A program made the position numbers and the translations under genes. Of a DNA stretch of 64,000 nt, positions 40,486 to 51,956 are shown in pieces. Source of the DNA: an uncultured Actinomycetota bacterium. Lineage in GTDB: Bacteria > Actinomycetota > Actinomycetes > JAHEKZ01. Below the pieces are notes generated by a model that saw only the letters and a program-made list of their open reading frames with translations, searched no databases and had not been told where the DNA came from. The stretch is taken from positions 480,001-544,000 of the forward strand of contig CAVURN010000005.1 of assembly GCA_963743915.1 (NCBI GenBank), read 5' to 3'. Every line of letters starts with the position of its first letter. Positions within the stretch are counted from its first letter, which is position 1.

Positions 40486-41661
40486 TCAGTTCAGGTGGTG
40501 GCGGATGTGGTGCCGCGCCTGGCGGTAGGTGATCGTCTCGTAGGCGATCAGCGCGACCAGCAGGGTCACCAGCATCGTCAGTGACACGTAGGCGGGTACG
40601 GCGACACCGATCGGGATCGCCACCACCAGCAGCACCGCGACCACCGTGCGCTGGACGTTCAGTGTCCGCATGTTTCGCAACCGGAAGAGAACATGGCCGA
40701 CGAGGTACAGGGCGACCCCGCCGAACAACGCGAAGGAGGGGATCAAGGAGAGCGGGTCGGAGACATCGAGGAGCGCCTTCTTGAGCCCGAGGGCCAGGAA
40801 CACGATCCCGAGGATCATCAGTGCGTGCACGTAGCTGTAGGAGTCACGTGCCAGCGCGTTGCGCGCAGCTCCCGTCACGCTCCGGAGCCGATGCTCGGCG
40901 GCCGGGGCCGCGACGTCGAAGTACAGCCACCACAGCGCCGCGACGACCACGATGCCGATGATGGCTGCGGTGACCACAGGAGCGGTCAGCGGCTCCTCCG
41001 CGGCGGACAGACCCAGCGCGACCACGGACTCCCCCAGCGCGATGATGATGATCAGTCCGTGTCGCTCGGCGAAGTGCGCCGGTCTCACCTCCCACCCCTC
41101 GGTGCCTGACACGAGGGGTGCTCCCAGAGTCACGACGAGCGCGACGCCCCACAGCACGGCCCGCGCAGGGCCCTCGTCGAGGAATCCTGCGACGGCGACG
41201 AGCACCGGAGCCGCGAGCACCCCCGGTGCCAGAAGCAGGACGGCCCGGTTCATCTCAGGTCGGTCCCGAGTGGCGACGGCGTACAGCAGGATGAACAGGC
41301 CCGTGACGGCCAGGTACGAGAACCCGAACAGCACGCCGTCGTTGTCGAACGCGTGCGGGATGGCCAGACCCATCACCAGGCCGGCTGCCATGGCAGCGAA
41401 CACCACGATCCGCGCGCGCACATCCTCGTCCACGGGCACCGAGTTGGTCAGCCAGGAGTAGCCGACCCAGGCCCACCAGACGACCAGCAGCAGCGTGGTT
41501 CCTCGAAGCATGCCGGTCCACGTCAGGTCGTACGCGAGCAGTGCGGTGACCTGGGTGAAGGCGAACACGAAGACCAAGTCGAAGAAGAGCTCCAGCGGGG
41601 TGACGCTGTACTCCTCGTCGGACGGCGGCTCGTGGGTGTGGTCGTCGGACACAGCGGACAT
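40486..41661 (-). CDS. Low temperature requirement protein A (LtrA) family membrane protein
   Basis: VTPLELFFDLVFVFAFTQ, HFAERHGLIIIIALGE, LWWLYF, YSYVH. Confidence 0.92.
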   Translation of the reverse strand: MSAVSDDHTHEPPSDEEYSVTPLELFFDLVFVFAFTQVTALLAYDLTWTGMLRGTTLLLVVWWAWVGYSWLTNSVPVDEDVRARIVVFAAMAAGLVMGLAIPHAFDNDGVLFGFSYLAVTGLFILLYAVATRDRPEMNRAVLLLAPGVLAAPVLVAVAGFLDEGPARAVLWGVALVVTLGAPLVSGTEGWEVRPAHFAERHGLIIIIALGESVVALGLSAAEEPLTAPVVTAAIIGIVVVAALWWLYFDVAAPAAEHRLRSVTGAARNALARDSYSYVHALMILGIVFLALGLKKALLDVSDPLSLIPSFALFGGVALYLVGHVLFRLRNMRTLNVQRTVVAVLLVVAIPIGVAVPAYVSLTMLVTLLVALIAYETITYRQARHHIRHHLN

Positions 41662-41693
41662 TGTGCTGCACCACCGCTCGCTACGCTTCCGCG

Positions 41694-42101
41694 ATGAGCA
41701 ACCAACGCACCCCGGACGGCGAGAGCGCCGCCCCACTGGACGCCGCACTGGGCCTCACGCGAGCTGCCGACGATGGGGACGCCGCCGTGCTTCGCCTCGA
41801 CCCCGCCCCGGTGGCAGTGGGTGCCACCGACCCGGTCACCTACCTGCACGGAGGCGCGCTCGCCACCTGCATCGACACGGCAGCCTGGGAGGCGGTCGTC
41901 CGCGTGAGCGACGACGCATGGGTGGTCGCCGACATGCGGATCGACTTCGTTCGGCTGGCGCGCCACGAGGTCCACCGCGTCCGGGCGACGGCCCGCAAGA
42001 TCGGGCGCGCACAGGCGGTGGCTGACGTCGAGATCAGCGCCTGGGACGACCCGACGCGCCTCGTGGCTCTGGGCCGCGTCCTGCTGGCCAAGGTGGGCTA
42101 G
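41694..42101 (+). CDS. PaaI family hot-dog thioesterase
   Basis: LHGGALATCIDTAA, DMRIDFVR. Confidence 0.85.
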   Translation: MSNQRTPDGESAAPLDAALGLTRAADDGDAAVLRLDPAPVAVGATDPVTYLHGGALATCIDTAAWEAVVRVSDDAWVVADMRIDFVRLARHEVHRVRATARKIGRAQAVADVEISAWDDPTRLVALGRVLLAKVG

Positions 42102-42899
42102 ATGACCCAAGAGCGCTACACCCATGGACACCACGAGAGCGTGCTGCGGTCACACTCCTGGCGCACGATCGCCAACTCCGCCGCCTACCTCGAGCCCTGG
42201 CTGCGTCCTGGGCTGCGCATCCTCGATGTCGGCTGCGGCCCCGGCACCATCACTGCAGAGCTCGCCGATCGGGTCGGCCAGGACGGCAACGTGGTGGGCA
42301 TCGACGCCTCGCCAGGAGTGATCGCCCGAGCGTCCGCGACGATGTCACGTGACAATGTCACTTACACCGTGGGCGACGTCTACGCGCTGGACGCTGACGA
42401 CGACAGCTTCGACGTGGTGCACGCCCATCAAGTGCTGCAGCACCTGGCTGATCCGGTCTCGGCCCTCGTCGAGATGCGACGCGTGTGCCGCCCAGGTGGA
42501 GTGGTTGCCGCCCGGGACAGCGACTACCCGACGATGGCCTGGCACCCGTATCCCCCTGAGCTCTCAGAGTGGCTCGCCCTCTACACGTCGATCACGCGCG
42601 TGAACGGTGGCAACCCCGATGCCGGGCGTCTGCTGCTGTCGTGGGCTCAACAGGCCGGCTTCACCGACATCACCCCATCCGCAAGCGCGTGGTGCTTCGC
42701 GACGCCGGGTGAGCGCGAGTGGTGGGCAGGGCTGTGGGCCGATCGCGTCGTCCAGTCTTCGCTTGCCGATCAGGCGGTGAGTGGAGGGTTTGCCACGCGT
42801 GCCGACCTCGATCGGATCGCGGGCGCGTGGCGGCAATGGGCGGCTCACGAGGACGCTTGGTTCGCGATGCTCCACGGAGAGATCCTGGCTGTGGCATGA
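42102..42899 (+). CDS. UbiE-like SAM methyltransferase
   Basis: YTHGHHESVLRSH, ILDVGCGPGTIT, FDVVHAHQVLQH. Confidence 0.9.
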   Translation: MTQERYTHGHHESVLRSHSWRTIANSAAYLEPWLRPGLRILDVGCGPGTITAELADRVGQDGNVVGIDASPGVIARASATMSRDNVTYTVGDVYALDADDDSFDVVHAHQVLQHLADPVSALVEMRRVCRPGGVVAARDSDYPTMAWHPYPPELSEWLALYTSITRVNGGNPDAGRLLLSWAQQAGFTDITPSASAWCFATPGEREWWAGLWADRVVQSSLADQAVSGGFATRADLDRIAGAWRQWAAHEDAWFAMLHGEILAVA

Positions 42900-43993
42900 G
42901 TACCACCGGCGGGTCGGCGCCAGACGCTGTCACCGTGACGCCGGAGTGGGTGCTGCACGTCGACCTCGACCAGTTCATCGCGGCGGTGGAGATCCGCCGG
43001 GACCCGTCGCTGCGCGGCCGACCGGTGGTCGTCGGGGGCGACGGGGACCCGACCCGCCGTCGACAGGTGGTGGCGACCGCGTCGTACGAGGCTCGCGCCT
43101 TCGGCGTCCGCTCGGGCATGCCGCTGTCGACCGCCGCCCGCCGTTGCCCGGACGCCGTGTTCCTGCCCAGCGACCACGAGGCCTACGACGCGGCGTCGGA
43201 GGAGGTGTGGACGGTCGTCCGCGAGCTCCCCGTGGTCACCGAGGTGTGGGGCTGGGACGAGGGCTTCGTCGGCGCCGACGTCGACAACCCAGAGGAACTG
43301 GCCCACCGGATCCGTCGCACGGTCGCCGAGCGGACGGGGCTCACGTGCTGCGTCGGGATCGGCGACAACAAGCTCCGCGCGAAGATCGCCACCGGGTTCG
43401 CCAAGGCTCCGAAGGGTGCGTTGCCAGCGGATGCACCAGGCGTCTTCCGGCTGACCAAGGAGAACTGGCTCGAGATCATGGGCGACCGTCCCACCGACGC
43501 GCTGTGGGGGATCGGCGCCAGGACCAGCGAGAAGCTCGCAGACCTGGGGATCTCGACCGTCCGTGAGCTCGGGGCGGCCGACCTGGACGCGATGCGGGCT
43601 CGTTTCGGGCCGAAGACCGGCCCGTGGCTGGTCTCGCTGGGGCGCGGCCTCGGCGACCGCACGGTGACGAACGCCCCGTGGGTGCCCCGTGGCCGCAGCC
43701 GCGAAACCACCTACGAGCACGACGTTGTCGAGCGCACGGACCTCGAGGACAAGCTGCGGCAGCTCGCGGCCGGCGTCGTAGCCGACGTCTCACCGACCGG
43801 ACGCGCCATCACCCACGTCGGCATCAAGGTGCGGTTCGTGCCGTTCTTCACCACGACGCGCGTGCACAAGCTGCCTTCCCCGACGCTGGATGCTGCCGTC
43901 GTGGCCGACAATGCGGTCGCGCTGCTCGATCGGCTGGAGCTCGGGCGTCCGATCCGGCTCCTCGGCGTCCGCGTCGAGCTGACTGACCCTTGA
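42896..43993 (+). CDS. dinB: DNA polymerase IV, actinobacterial DinB2 type
   Basis: LHVDLDQFIAAVE, ASYEARAFGVRSGMP, WGWDEGF, LWGIG, PIRLLGVR. Confidence 0.93.
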   Translation: MSTTGGSAPDAVTVTPEWVLHVDLDQFIAAVEIRRDPSLRGRPVVVGGDGDPTRRRQVVATASYEARAFGVRSGMPLSTAARRCPDAVFLPSDHEAYDAASEEVWTVVRELPVVTEVWGWDEGFVGADVDNPEELAHRIRRTVAERTGLTCCVGIGDNKLRAKIATGFAKAPKGALPADAPGVFRLTKENWLEIMGDRPTDALWGIGARTSEKLADLGISTVRELGAADLDAMRARFGPKTGPWLVSLGRGLGDRTVTNAPWVPRGRSRETTYEHDVVERTDLEDKLRQLAAGVVADVSPTGRAITHVGIKVRFVPFFTTTRVHKLPSPTLDAAVVADNAVALLDRLELGRPIRLLGVRVELTDP

Positions 43994-44045
43994 GGGGCTC
44001 CGTGGTCCGGCGTGGCACGGGCGGTTGGCTGCGTGCGGCTGGGTT

Positions 44046-44090
44046 TGGGTGCAGGAAGTGCTGCCATGGCGACACTTTCTGCTCCCAGTT
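44046..44090. repeat. Palindromic repeat, family A, copy downstream of the DUF559 gene (degenerate)
   Basis: TGGGTGCAGGAAGTGCTGCCATGGCGACACTTTCTGCTCCCAGTT; 37/45 identical to 45092-45136. Confidence 0.8.
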
Positions 44091-44099
44091 CGCGAGGGA

Positions 44100-44990
44100 T
44101 CAGGCTGCCCGGGGCGTCCTGGTCGCGAAGAAGCGCGCAAGGACTTCCGCCACCCGCTCCCGCTGGTGGCGGAGTGCGAAGCCGGCGAACCGTAGCAACG
44201 CCTTCCGCTCGTGCACGACGAGTTCGTTGTTGCGCATCATGTCCTCCCACCACGCCAGTGCCTCCATGTGCTGCATGCCATCGATCTCGACGACGAGCCC
44301 GAACTCCTCGAACTCGATGTCGAGATAGCGCCAGCGGCCGGCGGCGTCTCGACGCCGCTGCTGCCTCGTGGGAGTTGGGAACCCGTAGTCGCGACATAGC
44401 CTCAGGAAGAGGACCTCATACTCGCTCAGTGACCCGCCGCTGACGTCCTCGATGGTTTCCACAATCAGCGCACGACGTCGGAGCGAAGGCATCCGCGCTA
44501 CCACCTCGCCCAGCGAATGCCCCGTCACCAGGCCTTGCTGGACGCCACAGGCCAGGATCGCCTGACAGCGCAGGCTGGTGGTCGCCAACGACGCAGCGTC
44601 GACCAAGGATCTCGGCAGTCGCGTCCGCCGGGGCCGGCGCACCGGGTGAATGTCAATGTCCGTCAGAGTCCGACTTCGCGTCACTGAGACATCGATGCGC
44701 GGGCGAATGCGGACGTCGTGCGGTACGCAGATGAAGACGGTAGTCGTGGCGAAACCCTGAAGGCCGTCGAGCGATGCCGCCGTGAGACCGGCGAGCACAG
44801 CGGACCGGTGCTGGATCAGCAGCTCGCTGGTCAGTCGCTCGTCGCGCGTCAGCGACCCGGAGTGGAGCACCACGACACCCTTGGCCGGCCGCTGCCAACG
44901 CCCCGACTGCACCATCCACCGCACATGGTGACGCCCGTAGCGGGCAAAGGCTTCGTGCGACCGGAGAACTGTTGCGTGCTGTTGAGCCAT
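44100..44990 (-). CDS. DUF559 / Vsr-like endonuclease domain protein with an AbiEi-like N-terminal region
   Basis: GRWQRPAKGVVVLHSG, AVLAGLTAA, GGSLSEYE, PTPTRQ, RYLDIEFEEFGLVVEIDGMQH; visibly more A/T-rich than its neighbours. Confidence 0.82.
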   Translation of the reverse strand: MAQQHATVLRSHEAFARYGRHHVRWMVQSGRWQRPAKGVVVLHSGSLTRDERLTSELLIQHRSAVLAGLTAASLDGLQGFATTTVFICVPHDVRIRPRIDVSVTRSRTLTDIDIHPVRRPRRTRLPRSLVDAASLATTSLRCQAILACGVQQGLVTGHSLGEVVARMPSLRRRALIVETIEDVSGGSLSEYEVLFLRLCRDYGFPTPTRQQRRRDAAGRWRYLDIEFEEFGLVVEIDGMQHMEALAWWEDMMRNNELVVHERKALLRFAGFALRHQRERVAEVLARFFATRTPRAA

Positions 44991-45090
44991 CGGACGACCA
45001 TGACCAGTTCGAGCGGTCTGCGGGTGTGGGATCGCCTCCCTGTGGATGCACCGACCTCGACCTCGATGTGAATGGAGGGCATCCGAGGTG

Positions 45091-45134
45091 CTGGGTGCAC
45101 GAAGTGCTGCTCTGGCAGCACTTCGTGCACCCAG
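45091..45134. repeat. Palindromic repeat, family A, copy upstream of the DUF559 gene (perfect 20-bp arms, 4-nt loop)
   Basis: CTGGGTGCACGAAGTGCTGC-TCTG-GCAGCACTTCGTGCACCCAG. Confidence 0.9.
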
Positions 45135-45151
45135 TTGCGGTCGCTGCACGT

Positions 45152-45185
45152 CGAAGGCCCGCATCCCTGGGGATGCGGGCCTTCG
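45152..45185 (-). terminator. Intrinsic terminator hairpin of groEL
   Basis: CGAAGGCCCGCATCCC-TG-GGGATGCGGGCCTTCG about 25 nt downstream of the groEL stop. Confidence 0.8.
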
Positions 45186-45209
45186 TGCCGTGCTGTGGTG
45201 AAGCGTGGA

Positions 45210-46940
<1,731 letters not shown>

Positions 46941-46959
46941 TCACCCAGTGCCTGTGGTC

Positions 46960-46986
46960 TTGTCACTCCCCGAGGGAGAGTGCTAA
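46960..46986. promoter_or_regulatory. CIRCE element (HrcA operator) 1
   Basis: TTGTCACTC-N9-GAGTGCTAA versus consensus TTAGCACTC-N9-GAGTGCTAA. Confidence 0.92.
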
Positions 46987-46994
46987 CCCATTTC

Positions 46995-47021
46995 TTAGCA
47001 CTCTCGGGGGGAGAGTGCAAA
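46995..47021. promoter_or_regulatory. CIRCE element (HrcA operator) 2
   Basis: TTAGCACTC-N9-GAGTGCAAA. Confidence 0.92.
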
Positions 47022-47065
47022 CGGTTGTCCGGTTTCGCCGGCGGCCACGGGGGTAGCCGAGTTCC

Positions 47066-47470
47066 ATGACCACGACCACCGAGATCATCCGTAGCCACCC
47101 GTCCGAGCCGCGTGCCGACCAAGGAGCGCTGACCGCGGCGGTCAATGCCCTGATGGAGTGCGCCCAGGCGTGCGCGTCGTGCGCCGACGCCTGCCTGGCC
47201 GAGCCCGGGGTCGAGTCGCTGCGCTCCTGCATCCGCGCGAACCTGGATTGCGCGGACATCTGCCAGGCAGCTGTCGGCGTCCTGTCCCGGCAGATGGAGA
47301 TCGGGGTGGCCGCCGAGCTGCTGCTGGCCTGCCGCACCGCTTGCCGGGTGTGCGCCGACGAGTGCGACCTGCACGGCCAGATGCACGAGCACTGCCGCAT
47401 CTGTGCCGAGGCGTGCCGACGCTGCGAGGACGCCTGCGAGACCCTGCTGTCGTCCCTGCAGGTTCCCTGA
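47066..47470 (+). CDS. Four-helix-bundle copper storage protein (Csp3/DUF326-like)
   Basis: 16 Cys in CxxxC/CxxC arrays; HEHCRICAEACRRC; no signal peptide. Confidence 0.9.
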   Translation: MTTTTEIIRSHPSEPRADQGALTAAVNALMECAQACASCADACLAEPGVESLRSCIRANLDCADICQAAVGVLSRQMEIGVAAELLLACRTACRVCADECDLHGQMHEHCRICAEACRRCEDACETLLSSLQVP

Positions 47471-47488
47471 CCGTCCGGCTGGACCCAG

Positions 47489-47554
47489 TTTTCTACGTCA
47501 GGGCGCCACGATTACCCGTCCCGTGGCGTGACCATGGCGCTCTGGCGTAGAAAA
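47489..47554. repeat. Palindromic repeat, family B, copy 1
   Basis: TTTTCTACGTCAGGGCGCCACG...CATGGCGCTCTGGCGTAGAAAA (19/22 arm match); 51/58 identical to the copy at 48991. Confidence 0.85.
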
Positions 47555-47562
47555 CGAGTGGC

Positions 47563-48978
47563 TCAGGGAGTCGGCGCCACCAGCGGCCAGGGGCGGGCCT
47601 GCTCGAGGGCCAGACCCACCGCGAACGCCGTCGCGTCGTCGTAGCCAGCCGCCACGACCTGCACGCCGATCGGCACCCCGGACGCCGCCCGCCCGGCCGG
47701 GAGGGCGAGCACCGGGCAGCGGTTGGCGATGTTGAACGCCTCCGACAGGTGGATGTCGTGGAAGGAGTCCCGCTCGATCCCGTCGACCACCAGCGGCTGC
47801 TCGCTGTGGTCGACGCCGGCGGCCAGCGCCGGGACCGCCATGACGGGGCAGAGCAGCGCGTCGTGCTCGGCGAGCACCCGGTCGACCCGCTCGGACACGA
47901 CCGCCTCCGCCTCGCGGGCAGCGAAGAACGAGGTGTCGGTCCGGTCCGCGGCGAGCTCGGCCAGCCAGTTCCTCGTGTAGGCGTTGAGCTCGTCCTCGCG
48001 GCCGGCGACGAGCACCTCGCAGCTGGCGGCGAACAGGTTCCCGTTGTGACCGTTGGACGCCTGACGCACCAGCTCGCGCTCGATCGTCAGGTCGACGGGC
48101 GTGACGATCGCGCCCTGCTCCTCCAGGGCGCGGGCGGCGTCCGAGACCGCGGCCCGCACCTCGTCGGTCACCGGCCAGTCCCCGAGGTCGAGCGAGAGCG
48201 CGATGCGCGTCCCGCGGACGTCCGGCGTCACCTCGACCAACCGTGTCTGCTCGCGCAGCGAGAAGTGGTCGCGGACGTGGCGGCCGCTCGCGACGTCGAC
48301 CATCAGGGCCGCGTCCGCCACGGTGCGCGTCAGCGGCCCCACCCCTGACCAGTCGTCCCGCCCCCATGCGCCGGCCACGGGGATGCGACCGGACGGAGGC
48401 AGGTAGCCCACGACGCCGCAGCAGGACGCCGGCACCCGGATCGAGCCGCCGATGTCCGAGCCGGTGGCCCACGGCGTCATGCCGGACGCCACCGCGGCCG
48501 CCGAGCCGCCACTCGAGCCGCCGACGTCGAAGGCGGGGTTCCACGGGTTTCGCGTGACGCCCCACATGCGGCTGTGCGTCCAGAACGGGATGGAGAACTC
48601 GGGGGTGAGCCCACGGCCGTGGATGACCGACCCGGCCTCGACGAGTCGCTCGACGATGGGGTCGGACTCCTCCGACACGTAGTCGGCCCACAGCAGCGAG
48701 CCGTTGGTGGTGCGGCGTCCGGCGATCTCGGTCTCGTCCTTGACGACGACCGGCAGGCCGTCGAGCCGACCGGAGGGCTCACCCCGGGCGTAGCGGTCGG
48801 CAGCTGTCCTGGCCTGCGCCAGCGCGTCCTCACGGTACTGGTCGCCGAGCGCGTTGATCTCAGGCTGGACGCTGTCGATGCGCGCGCACAGCGCTTGGAG
48901 GTACTCGACCGGGGACAGTCGCCGCTCACGGAACTCGCGCAGCACGTCGCGCACCGACCAGTCGACCAGCTCGACCAC
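47563..48978 (-). CDS. Amidase signature family enzyme
   Basis: VVVKD, NPWN, GGSSGGSAAAVA, GSDIGGSIRVPASCCG; GGAGG RBS before GTG. Confidence 0.94.
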   Translation of the reverse strand: MVELVDWSVRDVLREFRERRLSPVEYLQALCARIDSVQPEINALGDQYREDALAQARTAADRYARGEPSGRLDGLPVVVKDETEIAGRRTTNGSLLWADYVSEESDPIVERLVEAGSVIHGRGLTPEFSIPFWTHSRMWGVTRNPWNPAFDVGGSSGGSAAAVASGMTPWATGSDIGGSIRVPASCCGVVGYLPPSGRIPVAGAWGRDDWSGVGPLTRTVADAALMVDVASGRHVRDHFSLREQTRLVEVTPDVRGTRIALSLDLGDWPVTDEVRAAVSDAARALEEQGAIVTPVDLTIERELVRQASNGHNGNLFAASCEVLVAGREDELNAYTRNWLAELAADRTDTSFFAAREAEAVVSERVDRVLAEHDALLCPVMAVPALAAGVDHSEQPLVVDGIERDSFHDIHLSEAFNIANRCPVLALPAGRAASGVPIGVQVVAAGYDDATAFAVGLALEQARPWPLVAPTP

Positions 48979-48990
48979 CGCGACCTCCGA

Positions 48991-49053
48991 TTCCAACGCC
49001 AGGGCGCCATGATGCCCCGTCCTGCGGCGTGACCATGGCGGTCTGGCGTAGAA
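48991..49053. repeat. Palindromic repeat, family B, copy 2
   Basis: TTCCAACGCCAGGGCGCCATG...CATGGCGGTCTGGCGTAGAA. Confidence 0.85.
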
Positions 49054-49066
49054 GAGTGGGTCGGGA

Positions 49067-50712
49067 TCAGCCGACCAGGTCGCCGGCGAAGGACGCCGCT
49101 GCCGTGCCCGGAGGCAGGACGCTCACCGGCTCGGCGGCTCCGTCGGTGTCGACGACCACGACGTCGAGCGCCGACGGCTGAGGACGCGGAAGGCTCGAGC
49201 GGATGGCGATCACGAATGCCGACCGCCCCGGCTGGATCAGGACCGGAGTGCACAGGACGCCGTCGCGGTCCGGCACCGGCGTGACCGGCACCGGATCGGC
49301 GACGTCCTCGTTCCACAGCACACAACGCGCGCCGTCCGGCTTGGCGTCACCCGCCAGCGAGTAGATGGTCCCGGTGGTGGCTGTCAGGTACTGCGGTGGA
49401 CGCGTCGCGGACATCCCGAGCACGTCGCTGAACGAGATGGTGTCCAGCCGCAGCTCACCTCCGGAGTCGATCAGCGCCCATTCCCCGTTGGCGGCCTGTG
49501 CTGCGACGCCGACGCCTCCCCAGGCGACGTCCGTGGCCGGCCAGCTGGTGGGGATGACATCGACCGTGCCGTCCTCGGCCAGCGTCACCAGCGTCAGAGA
49601 TCCGTCGCAGGCACACGCGAAGGCTCCGGAGTCCGGTGCCCATGCCAGTGCTGCGCCCTTCACCCGCGAGAACCGCGGCTCGCGGTTGGTCGGCGAGAGG
49701 TCGCGCAGCGCGTCCAACGACTCGTCACGGAGGTCGAGGAGGTAGACCCGCGGGACCGCTCGCCGTCGAAGTAGGGGCGTGGCGCCTGCACGAGCAGCAG
49801 ACGGGTGCCGTCGGGGGAGAGCGAGAGGTCGGTCCATCGCCCGGCTCGCCCCAGCAGAGGGGAGTCTCGCTGATCGGCATCGCCGTCGAACCACTCGGGC
49901 GAAGGCGCGTCGCGAAACACCGTGCTCGCCAGCCCGCTGCTGCTGTCGACCACGACCGGCACGCCCTGGACCAGGTAGGCGGCGGACGCCACGTCCACCG
50001 GCTGCTCGCCGAGGTCGGGCAGGTCGGCCGGAAGCGGCAGCGCCGAGGGCAGGCCCCAGCGAGCGATCGCCGGGTCGGGTGCGGACGCCTCGGGTGCCGG
50101 ATCCGGACGGAGCAGCAGCGCTGCGGTGATGCCCAGCGCGACGACGACGGCGGCACCGATCCAGGCAGCGCGCCGGCCGCTGCTCCTGGACACGGCGAGC
50201 GCCCGAGGGGCGAGGTCGCGGGGCGCGTCGGTGCGGGCCGCGTCCCGCAGCAGCTCGCCGACCGAGCTCACCGCTGCCGCATCGGTGACGCGTCGCGTGG
50301 TCCGGTCCCGCAGCTGGTCGACCTCGCCCGGCTTCATCCGGAGCAGCGCAGCGACCTCGTCGGCGTCCAGCCCCTCGAAGCTGCGCAGCACCAGGACGGC
50401 GCGCTCGCGGCGGGTCAGCGCCCGCAGGTGGCGTCGGGCCGCAGGTTCCGCGTCATCCGCACCGTCGACGTCGTCGACGTCGAGCCCGCCGTCCTTGCGC
50501 CAGCGCGAGACGACTGCCGTGTAGAGCTCGTGACGTGCATAGCGCTCGACGTCGTCGTCTGCGGTGGCCTCGCGCCAGCGCCGCGCGGTTCGGGCGAGCG
50601 CCTCGGCCAGGACGTCCTCAGCGTCGTCGAGCGCCAGCAGCGATGCAGTCCGCATGAGGGCGGGTCCACGCGCGTCGACGAACGCCTGCAGCTCGGTGTC
50701 ACGACTGGCCAT
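49067..50712 (-). CDS. Degenerate SigE-family ECF sigma domain fused to a TM helix and extracytoplasmic propeller-like domain (apparent frameshift near 49758)
   Basis: FVDARGPALMRTASLL...AEDVLAEAL; LTRRERAVLVLRSFEGL; TM WIGAAVVVALGITAALLL; LSLSPDG, AWAPDS. Confidence 0.75.
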
Positions 50713-50767
50713 CGGAGTGAGTACACCACGCGCTCATCTCGGGCGCTCCCCCGCGGCGCCCGAGCGG

Positions 50768-51956
50768 TTACGGGGCCGTGTCGACGTCCGCGGCGAACGA
50801 CGTGGACGTGGTGCCCGCGGGGAAGGTGGTGAGCAGCTGCGGGTCGCGGCCCTTGACCAGCAGGTGGGCGTAGAGCTGGGTGGGGGGAGCCGGCTCCCCT
50901 GCTGGAGCGTCGTGCGGCCGGCTGACGAGAACGAAGTCGTTGCCGAGCGCCTGGAGGGACGAGACGGGGCCGGCCGGGAGTGGGCCCCACATCATGCCCT
51001 TCTCCATCGGCCTTTCGAAGCCCAGGCCATAGCGTCCATCACGGGTCAGGGCGAATGCGGAGGGGTCATCCGGCGACGCCGCCAGCGTGTCAGCGTGAGC
51101 ACGCGTCTGCGTCAGGTCATCCGAACCGGTCAGCAACGACCAGGGCCCACCTATCGGCTGGAGCATCGGTTCGAGCTGGACCATGACACCTGCAGCCCCC
51201 GCGCTGATCTGGGACGGGACGAGGTCAGAGATCCTGGGAGTAGAACGTGTCGAGGGGAGCGTCGCCCATGGTCAGGCTCCAGACACCCGGTTCTGCAGCG
51301 CCGCTGTCACCGTCAACACAGACGCAGTACGCCGTCTTCGAGTCCGGGGCCCAGGCCATCAGGTTGTACTCGAGCCAGGCGGACTCCGCGTAGGCGTCCG
51401 TCAGCTGGAGGTCCTCGACGCTCACCTCGGCCGTGGCGACGTCCAGCACAGCCAACCGGATACCCAGCAGTCGCTGGGACGAGTCGAAGCGCATGGCGAC
51501 GAGCGCCGTCGTGCCGTCCGGCGACAGCCGCACCTCGTACGGGCGCAGCGGCATCGCGGACATGCCGCTGGCAGCGACCTCGCTCAGCTCGGAGATGCCG
51601 TTGTAGACCGAGCCGCTCCCGTCGCTTGCGTCGACGAGCACCAGCCGGTCGTCGATCACGTACGCGACGGAGGCGGCGTCCATCGCGCCGGCCGTCAGCT
51701 CGGGCAGCCCGTCCACACCGGGCAGCTGGCTCGGAAGCGACGCCACGTCCTGCGGGCGCGGCTCGTCGCTGGTGCGCTGCATCGGTCCGAGCGCGACTGC
51801 TCCGGCGACCAGCACCGTCACGGCTGCGATCGACCCGGCCACGGCGAGGCGTCCCTGGCGGCGTCGACGGGCGCCGGCCACGGCGCGTCCGGCCAGGTCG
51901 TGGGGCGGCTGGTCGTCGGCCGCGGACGTCATCAGCTCGCGCAGCTCGGTGGTCAT
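50768..51956 (-). CDS. Putative anti-sigma membrane protein with propeller-like extracytoplasmic domain (apparent frameshift near 51230)
   Basis: MTTELRELM...DLAGRAVAGARRRR followed by a TM helix; LSPDG, AWAPDS; start overlaps the sigma stop. Confidence 0.75.

Noticed and set aside
42896-43993. DinB2 activity as the cause of the many frameshifts
   Set aside because: Nothing in the sequence links them; the clustering fits coverage-dependent assembly error.
47489-49053. Integron attC sites
   Set aside because: The RYYYAAC...GTTRRRY end boxes are not present in the required order and there is no integron integrase in the window.
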